This document shows positions 50,770 through 60,973 of a DNA stretch of 64,000 nt, one piece after another. How positions within the stretch are numbered: the first letter of the stretch is position 1; every line of letters begins with the position of its first letter. Source of the stretch: a virus (Duplodnaviria > Caudoviricetes); the IMG/VR virus record IMGVR_UViG_3300029288_000163, positions 6,787-70,786 of that record; one strand, given 5' to 3'. The notes beneath the pieces are model-generated. The model searched no databases. It saw nothing but the letters and a program-made list of their open reading frames with translations, and had not been told where the DNA came from. Made by a program: the position numbers and the translations under genes.

Positions 50770-52959
50770 TTAACCTTTGTCAGACCATCGCTGACAAACC
50801 GATGTGTCAACTAATAACGGAACTTCGAACTTTGTGAACTCCCGCAACCAAGTACACATGAAGTAATCCATTATACGTTCTGCTTTTTCAACCTCTTCAT
50901 CTTTTACCAGAGCTATCAACTCATCGTGGACGTAGTTCACCATTGAAGCATCCATCTTCTCATCTATAAAGGCTTGGCTAATTTGAATGAATGCCAATGA
51001 TGCACACTCTGCACTCCCCCCCTGGATCGGACTATTAACTGCCTGACGCAATGCACCATTTACTTTTGATAGAACAAATTTTCTTTCTCTGTTAATTGAG
51101 CACCCAACTATGTAATTGCAAGACAAGCAATGAGAAAAAGAATTCATATTTCCTTTTGCTTTAATCAATTGCTTAATATCAAACTCAGAAACATTGTATA
51201 AATCATTTGGATCAATACCCAACCAGCCGGGGAACGGTCCGTCGCGATAACACCTTGGTCTTACCGAATCATCTGGCCACTTCATAGCTTGTGGAATTGG
51301 AGCCATTGCTTCTGGCAAATGTCTCCTACGACCAAACATTGTAGTTACAAAACCGTGGGTTTTTACGAACCCATGAATTGAATCAATCCAAGCTTTTAAT
51401 GTCTTGGCCACACCAAAGAACTCATCATTAATTAGATGATCGGCTTCCTCATATGAAATATTCAAAGCCTTGGAAAGAGAAAAGGTTGATTCCCCATACA
51501 ACAGGCCGAATGAAATGCTTTTTGCCGCAGACCTTTGTTCCTTGTACAACTCCTTCACATCATGCACATCACAAGGTAAATGATAAACACGATGTGCCAT
51601 TTGAGCGTGTAAATCTTCGTTGTTGTTTAACCAATCAATCCACACGGGTTCTTTTGAGAGGTGCGCTGCCATACGCAATTCCATCTGGGAGAAATCTTTG
51701 AAAATAAACTTGTATCCTTGTGGTGCTAAATAAATACTCTTTACAATGTCCCCCCCATTTTCTGTCTTAGGAAGGTTAGTCATGTTTGGTTGATTTGAGC
51801 GAAGACGTCCGGTCAACGTATCAAGAAAAAATGAGCTATGTATGATTCCAATCTTCCCGTCATCTGCATACTCTCTTACATAATCTATTGCTGGCTGAAC
51901 ATAGGTTCCTTGTATCTTTTGCGCTCTTCTATATTTGAGCAAAGGTTCAATAACGGGATGTGTCAATTCCGACAAAGCCTCAATATCAACAACCCATTTA
52001 TGATGTTCCCCTTTCCTACCTGGAGGTTTTAATTGATCAAAAAGGATCTCACCTAACTGATCATTACTTCCAACATTAAATTCTTTTCCAATAATTGACC
52101 AAATCTCCTTTTGCGAGGATTCCATAATTGCCAATTGATCTATTACAATTTGTTTAGCTCTTTCCAAATCAACTGGCATACCTGCTAGCTCAAGCAATAA
52201 GATATGATGCGACAATGGCATTACAATATTTTCGAATGCCCAAGTTAGTCCTTCGTCTTCCATCATCTTTGCAAAAACAAACTTCAGCGCAAGAACGTAA
52301 CAGGAATCCGAGCAGCCGTAGGGATAGAGAGTTTCTATTGGAACCTTAGAGTAACGTTGCAGCCTCGGATCAAAGTACTTTAATGCGGACTTTAAATCAT
52401 CTTTGAATTGGGAAGCCTCTGTTGAAAGGTAAAAGTCAGAACAACCCAACTTCGTGACATTGCCTTCGTCATCAAAGTCAGACTTCAATGCGTGAGAACA
52501 ATCGGAACGCGATTCATTTATCAAACTGTGGGCAAGCATCGTGTCAAATGCAAACCCACGCACCCTGATCCCCAAAAGAGTACATAATTTTCCAATATCA
52601 AACTTTCCGTTATGGGCAATCTTGGGTTGGTCCGATTCCAGAACTCCCCTTAGCAACTCAACAACATCGTTTTGCTTCTTTCCCCAGAAAGGGTCATCAT
52701 TAGATTTAGTTAATGGAATGTAAGCAGCGTTGCAAGGAACCCAAGGATCAGGACACTCGCTAAGGCCCCACGCAAAGCTCAGGCCACACAATACTTCGGG
52801 GTACACGCCCTCTAGTTTCACTTTTGATGTGGGGTGAGAGGTTTCTGTGTCAAAAGCGAGTTCTGGGGCCTTTTTGAGTTCACCAACTAACCATTGCAAC
52901 TTCTGAAAGGTGTTAATCAGAAAGAAACAAGAAGGTACCTGGGCATTGGAAAAAAACAA
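50770..52959 (-). CDS. polA: Family A DNA polymerase with 3'-5' exonuclease
   Basis: DTET, HNGKFD, Y...D exonuclease motifs; DFSQMELR, R..AK...FGLLYG, VHDEL polymerase motifs. Confidence 0.95.
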   Translation of the reverse strand: MFFSNAQVPSCFFLINTFQKLQWLVGELKKAPELAFDTETSHPTSKVKLEGVYPEVLCGLSFAWGLSECPDPWVPCNAAYIPLTKSNDDPFWGKKQNDVVELLRGVLESDQPKIAHNGKFDIGKLCTLLGIRVRGFAFDTMLAHSLINESRSDCSHALKSDFDDEGNVTKLGCSDFYLSTEASQFKDDLKSALKYFDPRLQRYSKVPIETLYPYGCSDSCYVLALKFVFAKMMEDEGLTWAFENIVMPLSHHILLLELAGMPVDLERAKQIVIDQLAIMESSQKEIWSIIGKEFNVGSNDQLGEILFDQLKPPGRKGEHHKWVVDIEALSELTHPVIEPLLKYRRAQKIQGTYVQPAIDYVREYADDGKIGIIHSSFFLDTLTGRLRSNQPNMTNLPKTENGGDIVKSIYLAPQGYKFIFKDFSQMELRMAAHLSKEPVWIDWLNNNEDLHAQMAHRVYHLPCDVHDVKELYKEQRSAAKSISFGLLYGESTFSLSKALNISYEEADHLINDEFFGVAKTLKAWIDSIHGFVKTHGFVTTMFGRRRHLPEAMAPIPQAMKWPDDSVRPRCYRDGPFPGWLGIDPNDLYNVSEFDIKQLIKAKGNMNSFSHCLSCNYIVGCSINRERKFVLSKVNGALRQAVNSPIQGGSAECASLAFIQISQAFIDEKMDASMVNYVHDELIALVKDEEVEKAERIMDYFMCTWLREFTKFEVPLLVDTSVCQRWSDKG

Positions 52960-52961
52960 AG

Positions 52962-53300
52962 TTATTCCTTATCCTCTGGTTCGCCATATGAGCCCTCTGA
53001 CACCCCATCCAAGCTCCGATCTTCTTCTGCATACCTTGCCCTACGAATTTCAGCATGGCGCAAGGAAATCCATTTCTGTGCCTCTACAATTGCAATTAGA
53101 ATGTCAGGCAGATCCCGCTGTTGGATATATGGCCCGCGCTTCCTCGAACCATCCTGTGAAAGAAACTCACGACACAGCCTCGCGTCGTAAAACACCTTTA
53201 CACCATCTCTGGATCTTGACTCGTATACCTCACATACACCTGCCCCCTCAATGAAACTCTGTACTAGAACACGTTGCGCATCAAACTTCTCTTCAGTCAT
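52962..53300 (-). CDS. Hypothetical protein
   Basis: GAGG RBS; ORF. Confidence 0.55.
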   Translation of the reverse strand: MTEEKFDAQRVLVQSFIEGAGVCEVYESRSRDGVKVFYDARLCREFLSQDGSRKRGPYIQQRDLPDILIAIVEAQKWISLRHAEIRRARYAEEDRSLDGVSEGSYGEPEDKE

Positions 53301-53338
53301 TTTGTACCTCTGCTTCAGTTAAGTCCCGTTATTGGGAA

Positions 53339-54079
53339 TCACTTGCCATTTAGAGCCTTTAATTTCAGAACATCAGCTTTCCTCACATGTTTAGTTCCTC
53401 TAATTTTCACAACTTTCAAATTTCCTTTTTTTGCGTGACTGTACAAATTAACGTAACTACACCCGTATAAATCGGCTGCTGAGCTAATAGTCAGCCAATC
53501 TTCGCCTAATTCCTCCTCCCCATCCCCGCAGGCAATTTTCGGCTCATCCTTCAGCGAATTCTTCTTCATCGCCGCAGTCCTAGAAGAACTCAACGCATTT
53601 TTCGGTGAATCCTTGACCAATTTCTTCGGCAAATTCCCCTTTTCAAAATCGATACCCAATTGCAAATCCCCACGCACTGCCGCATTCGGTCCATGCTTTT
53701 CAAGATCCGCTAACCGCTCCTGAACATTTTGGTAAAGCTTTTCGTAATCCATTTTGCCAAGAAATTCGACAGCATTGCCAAAGTCATCGCCCCCTAAGCC
53801 AATTCTATATGCAAATACGACTAGGCAAAATCGGCTAATATTGCAAGTGATTTGGCAAGATCTTTCGAAAATATGTTGGCAAAACCGGCACTCAGTCCCA
53901 CCAGCCAATTTAGCAGCAGGATTACACTCATGGGCAGTCAGTGAAGGATGGCTGAAGCATTCGACACCAATAGCGTCATCGGGCAAATTCACGCTATAGA
54001 ATTTGCTAATTCTTTCCGCCATTTCCTTATCCAATGGCAGCTTATGTTTCCAGACTAGCAGTTCTTTTTTATTTTCCAT
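53339..54079 (-). CDS. Protein with C-terminal excisionase-like HTH
   Basis: WLTISSAADLYGCS ... KGNL. Confidence 0.6.
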   Translation of the reverse strand: MENKKELLVWKHKLPLDKEMAERISKFYSVNLPDDAIGVECFSHPSLTAHECNPAAKLAGGTECRFCQHIFERSCQITCNISRFCLVVFAYRIGLGGDDFGNAVEFLGKMDYEKLYQNVQERLADLEKHGPNAAVRGDLQLGIDFEKGNLPKKLVKDSPKNALSSSRTAAMKKNSLKDEPKIACGDGEEELGEDWLTISSAADLYGCSYVNLYSHAKKGNLKVVKIRGTKHVRKADVLKLKALNGK

Positions 54080-54280
54080 TCATTCACCTTTTTCTAACAT
54101 CGCTCTCAACTTTATTACTTCTAGTCTATATCCAATTATACAATACAACCCAGATTTTCCATCTCGCTTACAGGTACTAGGCTCATACTGTTCCCAAGTA
54201 GATTTATTATATGATGGACACTTTTCCCTACTACAAAAGAAATCGTAATCCTCAACTCTTGGATTTATCTCTTTGTCCAT
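54080..54280 (-). CDS. Small Cys-rich protein
   Basis: ORF. Confidence 0.5.
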   Translation of the reverse strand: MDKEINPRVEDYDFFCSREKCPSYNKSTWEQYEPSTCKRDGKSGLYCIIGYRLEVIKLRAMLEKGE

Positions 54281-54468
54281 TATAAATTACCTTCTTCTTT
54301 TTCAGCAATGAGTCTTCCACAAAATGGGCAAAATAGAAAACCTTTTTCAATACGACTGTAATTCTCAAAATCTATAGTTTTATCGCAAGAAGTTTCATAA
54401 TGATATGCAGTATTATATCGATCATGCCAAAAACAAAAATCTCGGCTCAATGTATCTCTTAGTTCCAT
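54280..54468 (-). CDS. Small zinc-ribbon protein
   Basis: YETSC ... FCPFCG. Confidence 0.55.
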   Translation of the reverse strand: MELRDTLSRDFCFWHDRYNTAYHYETSCDKTIDFENYSRIEKGFLFCPFCGRLIAEKEEGNL

Positions 54469-54471
54469 TTC

Positions 54472-55524
54472 TCACCCACTAAACTTTGTTAACGCCACCT
54501 TTTTATCACCAGAACACATATACACGAAAGACTTGGTTCCTATATAAATTTTGACATCATCTCCGTCCATTGCCTTGAGTGCTTCCATCATTGCTTTTCT
54601 ATGAACGCCAAAGTCTTCTGCTTCTGAAGGTAAATCAATAACAACCAAATTCTCGGCAACTTCTGTGCCCTTGTAAGTCTTGCACGATATTCGCCAAGTA
54701 TTTTGGTCATTTTCGATACGTGTCCAGATAGCTCCTGTTTCATCATTTCCCATTACAGCATGGATGGACGTGAGAATATTGATAAGATCCTTGCGATTAG
54801 CTGTAAATGAATTGCCATCAGGTTCCCCAAACATTGTGAAAAGATCCTGGGGCAGTTTATCATCAAGGAGCATGGAATAGAATGTAACCCCGCTAGCCAA
54901 TACCACGCCAAATACATTGTCGTTGAGCAGGAGGGCTTTCCTATCCTTGTCCTTGAATCCTTTGAGTACCAAGGCGGCTTCTGATGAAATGACAATACGA
55001 GGGCAATTGAAGGCCTTAGAATCGGTAACGACTACACCACAACTTGCGAAGCCCAATTTCGCAAATTTTGTGTAAGATTCACCGCACTCTACGAGAATAC
55101 CCTTGAAACGCTTGTCCTCTTTGATAGCTTTGGCGCAGTATATGAGATTGTTTACGAAATCCGGAATTTCGTAAGTTGTTAGATCCTTCAATGTTATAAA
55201 GTCAATAATCGTATCGAGCATTGGGAGTTTGGCTTCGGTTTCCCCCTGCTTGATGAATAGTCTAGCTTTTGCTGGATTGAATTCTATTGGTAACTTTTTA
55301 TCCAGCTTTTTTACAACTGCTGTAAAATTATCCGAATTGACACCAAAAGCGAATTCGTCGGGAATTGACAAATCTTGGATAAACGTGACGTAGAACTCCG
55401 TAGATTTTGCGTATATGTGCAGAATTCCGCCAGTATTACGGAAAAATACGTGAGTATTATCCGACATTTTGTCAACGCATCGGCAAAAATCAGCAAGCAT
55501 TTGGTAATTTAAAGTGAAACTCAT
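54472..55524 (-). CDS. Sliding clamp (DnaN/beta-like, divergent)
   Basis: 350 aa; three repeated clamp-like domains; replication context. Confidence 0.6.
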   Translation of the reverse strand: MSFTLNYQMLADFCRCVDKMSDNTHVFFRNTGGILHIYAKSTEFYVTFIQDLSIPDEFAFGVNSDNFTAVVKKLDKKLPIEFNPAKARLFIKQGETEAKLPMLDTIIDFITLKDLTTYEIPDFVNNLIYCAKAIKEDKRFKGILVECGESYTKFAKLGFASCGVVVTDSKAFNCPRIVISSEAALVLKGFKDKDRKALLLNDNVFGVVLASGVTFYSMLLDDKLPQDLFTMFGEPDGNSFTANRKDLINILTSIHAVMGNDETGAIWTRIENDQNTWRISCKTYKGTEVAENLVVIDLPSEAEDFGVHRKAMMEALKAMDGDDVKIYIGTKSFVYMCSGDKKVALTKFSG

Positions 55525-55703
55525 ATGTTCCTCGCCACATCTACATGAACAACTGAAACAACCTCAACAATTGGATCTACTACACCATGAAAATCATCAA
55601 ACAGAGGATAGGGAAAAGTACGAACAGCATAAAGCCAAGGAGCAAATCCATCTTCCCAATCTCTCCAAAATACCTCAGTAATTTTCCACAAAATGGTATC
55701 CAT
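55521..55703 (-). CDS. Small hypothetical protein (start MDTIL)
   Basis: ORF. Confidence 0.4.
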   Translation of the reverse strand: MDTILWKITEVFWRDWEDGFAPWLYAVRTFPYPLFDDFHGVVDPIVEVVSVVHVDVARNI

Positions 55704-55705
55704 TC

Positions 55706-55834
55706 CTAGCCCCACATAAACATTGTGCCTAATCCGGCTGCGAAAAAACACAAACCCATATACGGACTATCGCTAAAAATTACAGCACAGGCACAAGCAC
55801 CCCACATAGCTGCTGTTGCTAGACCTTTTCCCAT
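55706..55834 (-). CDS. Small two-helix membrane protein (42 aa)
   Basis: MGKGLATAAMWGACACAVIFSDSPYMGLCFFAAGLGTMFMWG. Confidence 0.5.
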   Translation of the reverse strand: MGKGLATAAMWGACACAVIFSDSPYMGLCFFAAGLGTMFMWG

Positions 55835-55835
55835 G

Positions 55836-56156
55836 TTACTTCACTTTCCTTACTAATGTCCAACCATAAATTTCCAACCATACTGTCAATGGATGGCAAG
55901 GGTCATCGCTGGCTTCACTGGCAATTTCCTTGTACACTTCATCATCAACGTCTTTGAATTCCATCAATTTTGTAAATGGAAATTCCTCATCGGCATCAAT
56001 AACAAGACCATCAAAACAATCCTTCAAATCCCGTATATCCGTATAAACTAGAAGATCCAAATCCTGTGCTGCATCCATTACAGCTTGCCTATCGGTTGGA
56101 TCTATGTAGTTTTCCTTATCACACGTATGTTTTGTTTTCACGCTAAATTCCTCCAA
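55836..56156 (-). CDS. Acidic hypothetical protein
   Basis: ORF. Confidence 0.5.
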   Translation of the reverse strand: MEEFSVKTKHTCDKENYIDPTDRQAVMDAAQDLDLLVYTDIRDLKDCFDGLVIDADEEFPFTKLMEFKDVDDEVYKEIASEASDDPCHPLTVWLEIYGWTLVRKVK

Positions 56157-56168
56157 CCACCAACATAA

Positions 56169-56993
56169 TCATGCTGCACACGTTGTCAAGTGTACCGGCT
56201 CAACTTTTTGAAAATAAAGAGGTTGTACTACTGTCAAATCCATTGCTGCCCTTTTGATTTGTTTTTTGCACGAATATACGCAATTTTTTGATAAATTACA
56301 GCATCTTGATAATTCGGTGTTCGAACTGTAAGGACTTTCCAACATTTCCGCTAATACCACCAGCGCATTTTGGGAAATTCTGTACATAATCTTCTTGAGC
56401 ATTTCCCGTGCTGCTGTGGTAGATTCTTGGTCACTGTGGGTATCCTTGAACATATTGCTAAACATTTCAGAATCTTTTGTGCTGAAATCACATTCCAGAA
56501 TCTCTTGACCAATTCTTTCGACAATCTTGATTTTGCACTTTTTGGCACTAGTACGCAACCAACCATTTCGTTGTGTGAAATATAGCGTAAGCATGTCCAA
56601 ATACTGTTGGCGAATCACCTTGTACATGTAGGAAGCCAAAGAGCTTTTCTTTACGGAAACTATGTGCTTATACTGTACCCAAAATTTCTCTAATTTTTTA
56701 GTTTTCTTGTATTTGGGGGTAATCAATCTAGCGCATTTTCCGTCACGCATGTCCATTTCGTACAATCTGCCCTTATACCTGAATAATGGGGCTTTATACG
56801 CCACATTCGCCTCTACAGCAGCTAATAGCAAATCCTGTGTTAAATCAATTGGATCTTTATGAGTAATCCTTTGCAAATCATTGGCCGTAGATTTCAAAAG
56901 CGGTAGCCATTTTTTGAGAGCATTGGCCAACGCTGGTTCCGTTCGTTTTAATCCATCAATTGTTGAATTTAGTAAATCTGTTACTGATTGCAT
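56169..56993 (-). CDS. Sigma-70/ECF-like RNA polymerase sigma factor (divergent)
   Basis: DLTQD ... SLASYMYKVIR region-2-like; SNTELSRCCNLS...V C-terminal HTH. Confidence 0.6.
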   Translation of the reverse strand: MQSVTDLLNSTIDGLKRTEPALANALKKWLPLLKSTANDLQRITHKDPIDLTQDLLLAAVEANVAYKAPLFRYKGRLYEMDMRDGKCARLITPKYKKTKKLEKFWVQYKHIVSVKKSSLASYMYKVIRQQYLDMLTLYFTQRNGWLRTSAKKCKIKIVERIGQEILECDFSTKDSEMFSNMFKDTHSDQESTTAAREMLKKIMYRISQNALVVLAEMLESPYSSNTELSRCCNLSKNCVYSCKKQIKRAAMDLTVVQPLYFQKVEPVHLTTCAA

Positions 56994-57949
56994 TCCCCCT
57001 CCAAATGTTGTTGAATTTCCAAGAACCTTTCTTTACTAAGGCTTCCCGGATCTTCGTCTAATTCCAACTTAACAACATTTGGATGTAATTCAAACGCTTC
57101 TAGTTCGCAATAAAGCTTCTTTACGAAATCTTTTTTAAATTTCTTTCCAATTACGACATCGCCATCCAAACAAACAATTGGCCGTAAACCATACAACGTG
57201 CAAAGATAGAAAATCTTGTTGAACTGTGCTGATGTGGCTTCCTTGGTGAACAATCCCACAGATTGAACACCGTATGTCGTCAATTTCCAGACATCCGATG
57301 CTCCTTCTACGATCCACAAATCGGGGGTTCTGTTATTTATCAACCAACCGCCATAAAGCATTTGTTGCACAGGACTACCAGAAGGAAATTGCCACCTTTG
57401 TTTTTTGAGAGGATTCAAATAACGTACTTGAAACGTTTTGTAGGTTCCATCTATTTCAAAAATTGGTGAAACAATTGAATCCCCAAGCTGTACTTCATCA
57501 CATTTTCCGAATTTGCCGAGCATCAAGCCAAACTGATCGATAATGGATTGGCCAAGTTGTCGCTTCTCAAGATATTCGCAATTTGCCAAAGGTGCGAGAA
57601 ATTGAGGAGATGGCCATTGGTTAATCTTTGGCGTATTATTAAAACTGTCTTCTATTCCTAGCAGTCTATCGATATTTACTTCGGTATGTGAATCTTTTAG
57701 TCTTTTGTAAACCTCTCGCCAAGAAGTAAGCCCTTCCATGAGCTTGTAAAACAGGAAGAAATTACCACGTACTCCGCATTTGGAAGATCCACAAACAAAT
57801 AAGCCACGATCTACATCAATTGAGAAAGACGGGTGCCTATCGTCGTGGAATGGACAGCGGGTATGGATTTTGCCACTAAAATTTGGTGACTTATCCGGGA
57901 ATTTAGAAAGTATGTAGGATTTGGGAGTCAAAACTGTGTCTTCTTCCAA
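56981..57949 (-). CDS. dnaG: DnaG-like primase
   Basis: CPFHDD.HPSF CHC2 finger; VEGASD and LDGD TOPRIM motifs. Confidence 0.9.
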   Translation of the reverse strand: MEEDTVLTPKSYILSKFPDKSPNFSGKIHTRCPFHDDRHPSFSIDVDRGLFVCGSSKCGVRGNFFLFYKLMEGLTSWREVYKRLKDSHTEVNIDRLLGIEDSFNNTPKINQWPSPQFLAPLANCEYLEKRQLGQSIIDQFGLMLGKFGKCDEVQLGDSIVSPIFEIDGTYKTFQVRYLNPLKKQRWQFPSGSPVQQMLYGGWLINNRTPDLWIVEGASDVWKLTTYGVQSVGLFTKEATSAQFNKIFYLCTLYGLRPIVCLDGDVVIGKKFKKDFVKKLYCELEAFELHPNVVKLELDEDPGSLSKERFLEIQQHLEGECNQ

Positions 57950-58389
57950 CGACCTTTTTCATCTCTTGGAACATTCTTCATTTCACCCCTAAGTGCTGCT
58001 TTATCTCGTTCAGACCACTCAGTCCGTGCTGTAGTAAGCAACGGTGCAGACAACAAAAAGCCTTTAGCAGTTATTTTTACAACTTCTGTAACAGGAACTT
58101 CAATTTCTTTACCAAAAGAAAACTTACGAACAAGCAGCACTGGAGTCTTTTTTGTTATTACCATATATCCCGGTTCATAGTCATCATAAGTTCCGCCCCC
58201 ATGATTTACCGGACCATCACACCGCCAAGAGCACCCTGAAACCCAAGCAATAAAAGGGGTACAAGGCTGAACAACCCAAACATGCGCCCCAGGATTACTA
58301 ATATCTACCAAACAAGCCTGCACAGACACCTTTGTACCTATCGGATATTGCTCTAGTAACTCCCACTCTTTTTGATGTTTTCGTTTCAT
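57928..58389 (-). CDS. Hypothetical protein
   Basis: ORF; terminal PRDEKGRW motif. Confidence 0.55.
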   Translation of the reverse strand: MKRKHQKEWELLEQYPIGTKVSVQACLVDISNPGAHVWVVQPCTPFIAWVSGCSWRCDGPVNHGGGTYDDYEPGYMVITKKTPVLLVRKFSFGKEIEVPVTEVVKITAKGFLLSAPLLTTARTEWSERDKAALRGEMKNVPRDEKGRWKKTQF

Positions 58390-58856
58390 TGTTTTCTCCT
58401 CTCAGCTTCATACTGCTCATACAAAACATGAGCTTGATCCATAATTCTCTTGTGCATAAAATTTCCACAAATTTCCTTTGTCGCCTCAATATAGAAATCA
58501 ACAATTTCCCGCGAACTACTTCTCTTTGGGCGCAACTTATTAATTTCTGCTTGAAGATTTGAAATTTCTGCGCCTAAGAACTCCACCCTCCTATTGTATT
58601 GATCCCGCTCCTCCGCACCACAAAGATAAGGTTTACGCAATTTGACTTGTGCCAACTCTTGCTGCTTTCCCTTAACAACACGAACAAGAGCTGCCCTTTT
58701 ATCTTCCTTTGTCCATTCGTCCCAATCTGGAAAATAAGCAGAAACATTTTTCGGCTTTACAACAGAAGCCTGATACTGCTGAAATTGTGACGCCTTCTTA
58801 TACACAAAACACCTCGAATAAATTAGAAAGGATTTACCTTCAGAGCATTTTTCCAC
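58386..58856 (-). CDS. Hypothetical coiled-coil protein (start uncertain)
   Basis: ORF. Confidence 0.45.
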   Translation of the reverse strand: MEKCSEGKSFLIYSRCFVYKKASQFQQYQASVVKPKNVSAYFPDWDEWTKEDKRAALVRVVKGKQQELAQVKLRKPYLCGAEERDQYNRRVEFLGAEISNLQAEINKLRPKRSSSREIVDFYIEATKEICGNFMHKRIMDQAHVLYEQYEAERRKQ

Positions 58857-60166
58857 AAATCATGCATACTTCGTTCAATTACCATGCGAGCAATATCAGC
58901 ATCCAGCACAATTTCTGGAATCTTTATTTGACCGCTACGAATAAAAGCAGGAGAAAGAACAATCAAACCTTCCTCCTCCTCTTTCTCATTCTGGTCAATA
59001 TTTATGGTCAAGTCAACGCCTTGAGAAATACCAACAGATTTCCCTTGATGCGCCTTATTCAAACGTTCCGCTGTTGCCCCTTCTACTTTTGATTGGGAAG
59101 CAACAATTCCCAAAGTATTGAACGCATCCAAATGGTTCTTCAAATCCCAAACACTTCTAGTCTGATTCAAATGGTCTTCCTTGCGAATCAGGGAAGGTTT
59201 GATCAGGTTAAGGTAGTCCCATACTTCCAATGCAAATGAAATGCCTTCTCTGTCCTGCAACTTCTTTACTTCGTCCTCAACTTGCTGAACTGTTGTCTCT
59301 TGTGGCGTACATTTGATAATCTTCAGCCTGTTATTCCAATTTCTCATCCAATCAAACAGCCGATCCATACTATCTTTTTCTTCAGCCGTTATCAAATAAT
59401 TTCTAATACGGTCAAAGTTGGTTTCCATGAACATAGCATCAAAACGAGCAGTAGTCAACTCCATCGAATTCTCAAACGTTATGTGCAAAACGTTGAAACC
59501 TTGAAGAACCCCAGCATACGACATTGCATTCAAAATGATTGACTTGTACCGTTTAAAAGGAGCAAGGAAATTGACAATCATTGGAGCTTTCAAAACAAAT
59601 TGAGCGTCCAAACCCCTGATACCAGTCAAAATTCTTGGATTGATAGAAGGGTTGTCTCTTTCCAGTTTCCTGCGCTGTTGCCGTTCCTGATAATTTTCGG
59701 CATAGTCGATATACTGGAATTTCTTTCCTTCAATAACTGCCTGCGCTGCGCTTACACCTTCCCGAATGTCCTTCAAACAAAAATCAATTCTGTCTGACCT
59801 ATTCAACGCCTCAAATGCTTGGCGGATTTTTGAATTCACAACGGACCACGCAACATATGCCGTGAATTTGTCCTTAGCATCATCTTCGAATGTCAAATTC
59901 CTGTTGTAAAGTGCGGAAAGCTGTTCCTTGTACCTGTCCCGCGTTTCGTCATCCGGAACACTTGTCAATTCCTGATCAAGATAACCAAACGGAAGCCTTT
60001 TCCATGCTCTAGCCTTGAGGATTTTGACAAGCCATTTGTAAGATTCTACATTGAAGAAATCCGCCTCAATTGCTTCCAGCGTTTCATCCGTAGCAACATC
60101 CACACCTTGCACCAGAGCAGCAAGGAACTCAGCCTCAACTTTGGAATCAAGTATCATATCGGCCAA
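58823..60166 (-). CDS. dnaB: DnaB-like replicative helicase with atypical Walker A
   Basis: TGIRGLD, APFKRYKS, HITFEN, WDYLNL, ASQ. Confidence 0.8.
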   Translation of the reverse strand: MADMILDSKVEAEFLAALVQGVDVATDETLEAIEADFFNVESYKWLVKILKARAWKRLPFGYLDQELTSVPDDETRDRYKEQLSALYNRNLTFEDDAKDKFTAYVAWSVVNSKIRQAFEALNRSDRIDFCLKDIREGVSAAQAVIEGKKFQYIDYAENYQERQQRRKLERDNPSINPRILTGIRGLDAQFVLKAPMIVNFLAPFKRYKSIILNAMSYAGVLQGFNVLHITFENSMELTTARFDAMFMETNFDRIRNYLITAEEKDSMDRLFDWMRNWNNRLKIIKCTPQETTVQQVEDEVKKLQDREGISFALEVWDYLNLIKPSLIRKEDHLNQTRSVWDLKNHLDAFNTLGIVASQSKVEGATAERLNKAHQGKSVGISQGVDLTINIDQNEKEEEEGLIVLSPAFIRSGQIKIPEIVLDADIARMVIERSMHDLWKNALKVNPF

Positions 60167-60900
60167 TCCGTCCTACTGTCCATCAATCGCAAATCTTCCC
60201 CACCCCCAACCTCAACTGCCCTGAAAACCTTACCCCGGCCAATTACCCCATCTGGCCGAATTTCTAGCAAAGAATCCAAAGTGTGCTGATACTTTTCGGC
60301 AATAAATTTGGGTGGATAGTTTGTGGTAATAATTGTTGATAATCTGTTATCTCTACGGTAATGAAGAACTTGCTGAAGCGTTGCTAAAAATGCTTCCTTT
60401 TTCCATGAAGATTCCGCAGCTTCCGCGCCCAAATCGTCCAACACATATACGGAAGATTGCCACAATTGTCCATCTTCTGCACTGAAATTCATTTGCAATC
60501 TTTGGGCAGTCTCAAAACCATAGGATCTGTCTCTGGAATAGTTCTCCGTCCGTTGAAAATACTTTGCCAATACATAAGTCAAATAATGTGCTAATGTTGT
60601 TTTACCCCTGCCCTTTTCCGAAGAATACATAAACAACGATAAACCCTTTTGCAGCACATCAACAGGTGAATTTGCCCAATAATTGACGAAATCTTCACCC
60701 GATTCGAACTTTGGGTAAACATATTCGTCACTACTTACGAAATCCAAGGTTTCGTCACAAAATCCACCACCTAATAAACGATTATACGCACGAAACTTGA
60801 CTAAGCAATTGCAAAGTATTAGCTCGCCCGCTGCATTACACAGCTTTCCTTCTCCTTGACACAGAAGGCAGGAACCGACTATTTCGTCTTTTAGTGTCAT
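60154..60900 (-). CDS. DnaC/IstB-like helicase loader
   Basis: N-terminal Cys cluster; KGRGKTT, VLDDLG, TIITTN. Confidence 0.85.
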   Translation of the reverse strand: MTLKDEIVGSCLLCQGEGKLCNAAGELILCNCLVKFRAYNRLLGGGFCDETLDFVSSDEYVYPKFESGEDFVNYWANSPVDVLQKGLSLFMYSSEKGRGKTTLAHYLTYVLAKYFQRTENYSRDRSYGFETAQRLQMNFSAEDGQLWQSSVYVLDDLGAEAAESSWKKEAFLATLQQVLHYRRDNRLSTIITTNYPPKFIAEKYQHTLDSLLEIRPDGVIGRGKVFRAVEVGGGEDLRLMDSRTDWPI

Positions 60901-60973
60901 TATCTAGAAATTGCCGCCAGTGCAGCAATAAACACAATGCACACTATAAGCTCTGCAAACAACTGGTCCATCT

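Noticed and set aside
55836-56993. TGA read-through fusing the sigma-like gene to the next in-frame ORF
   Set aside because: In-frame adjacency has a one-in-three chance, and there is no motif or SECIS-like support.
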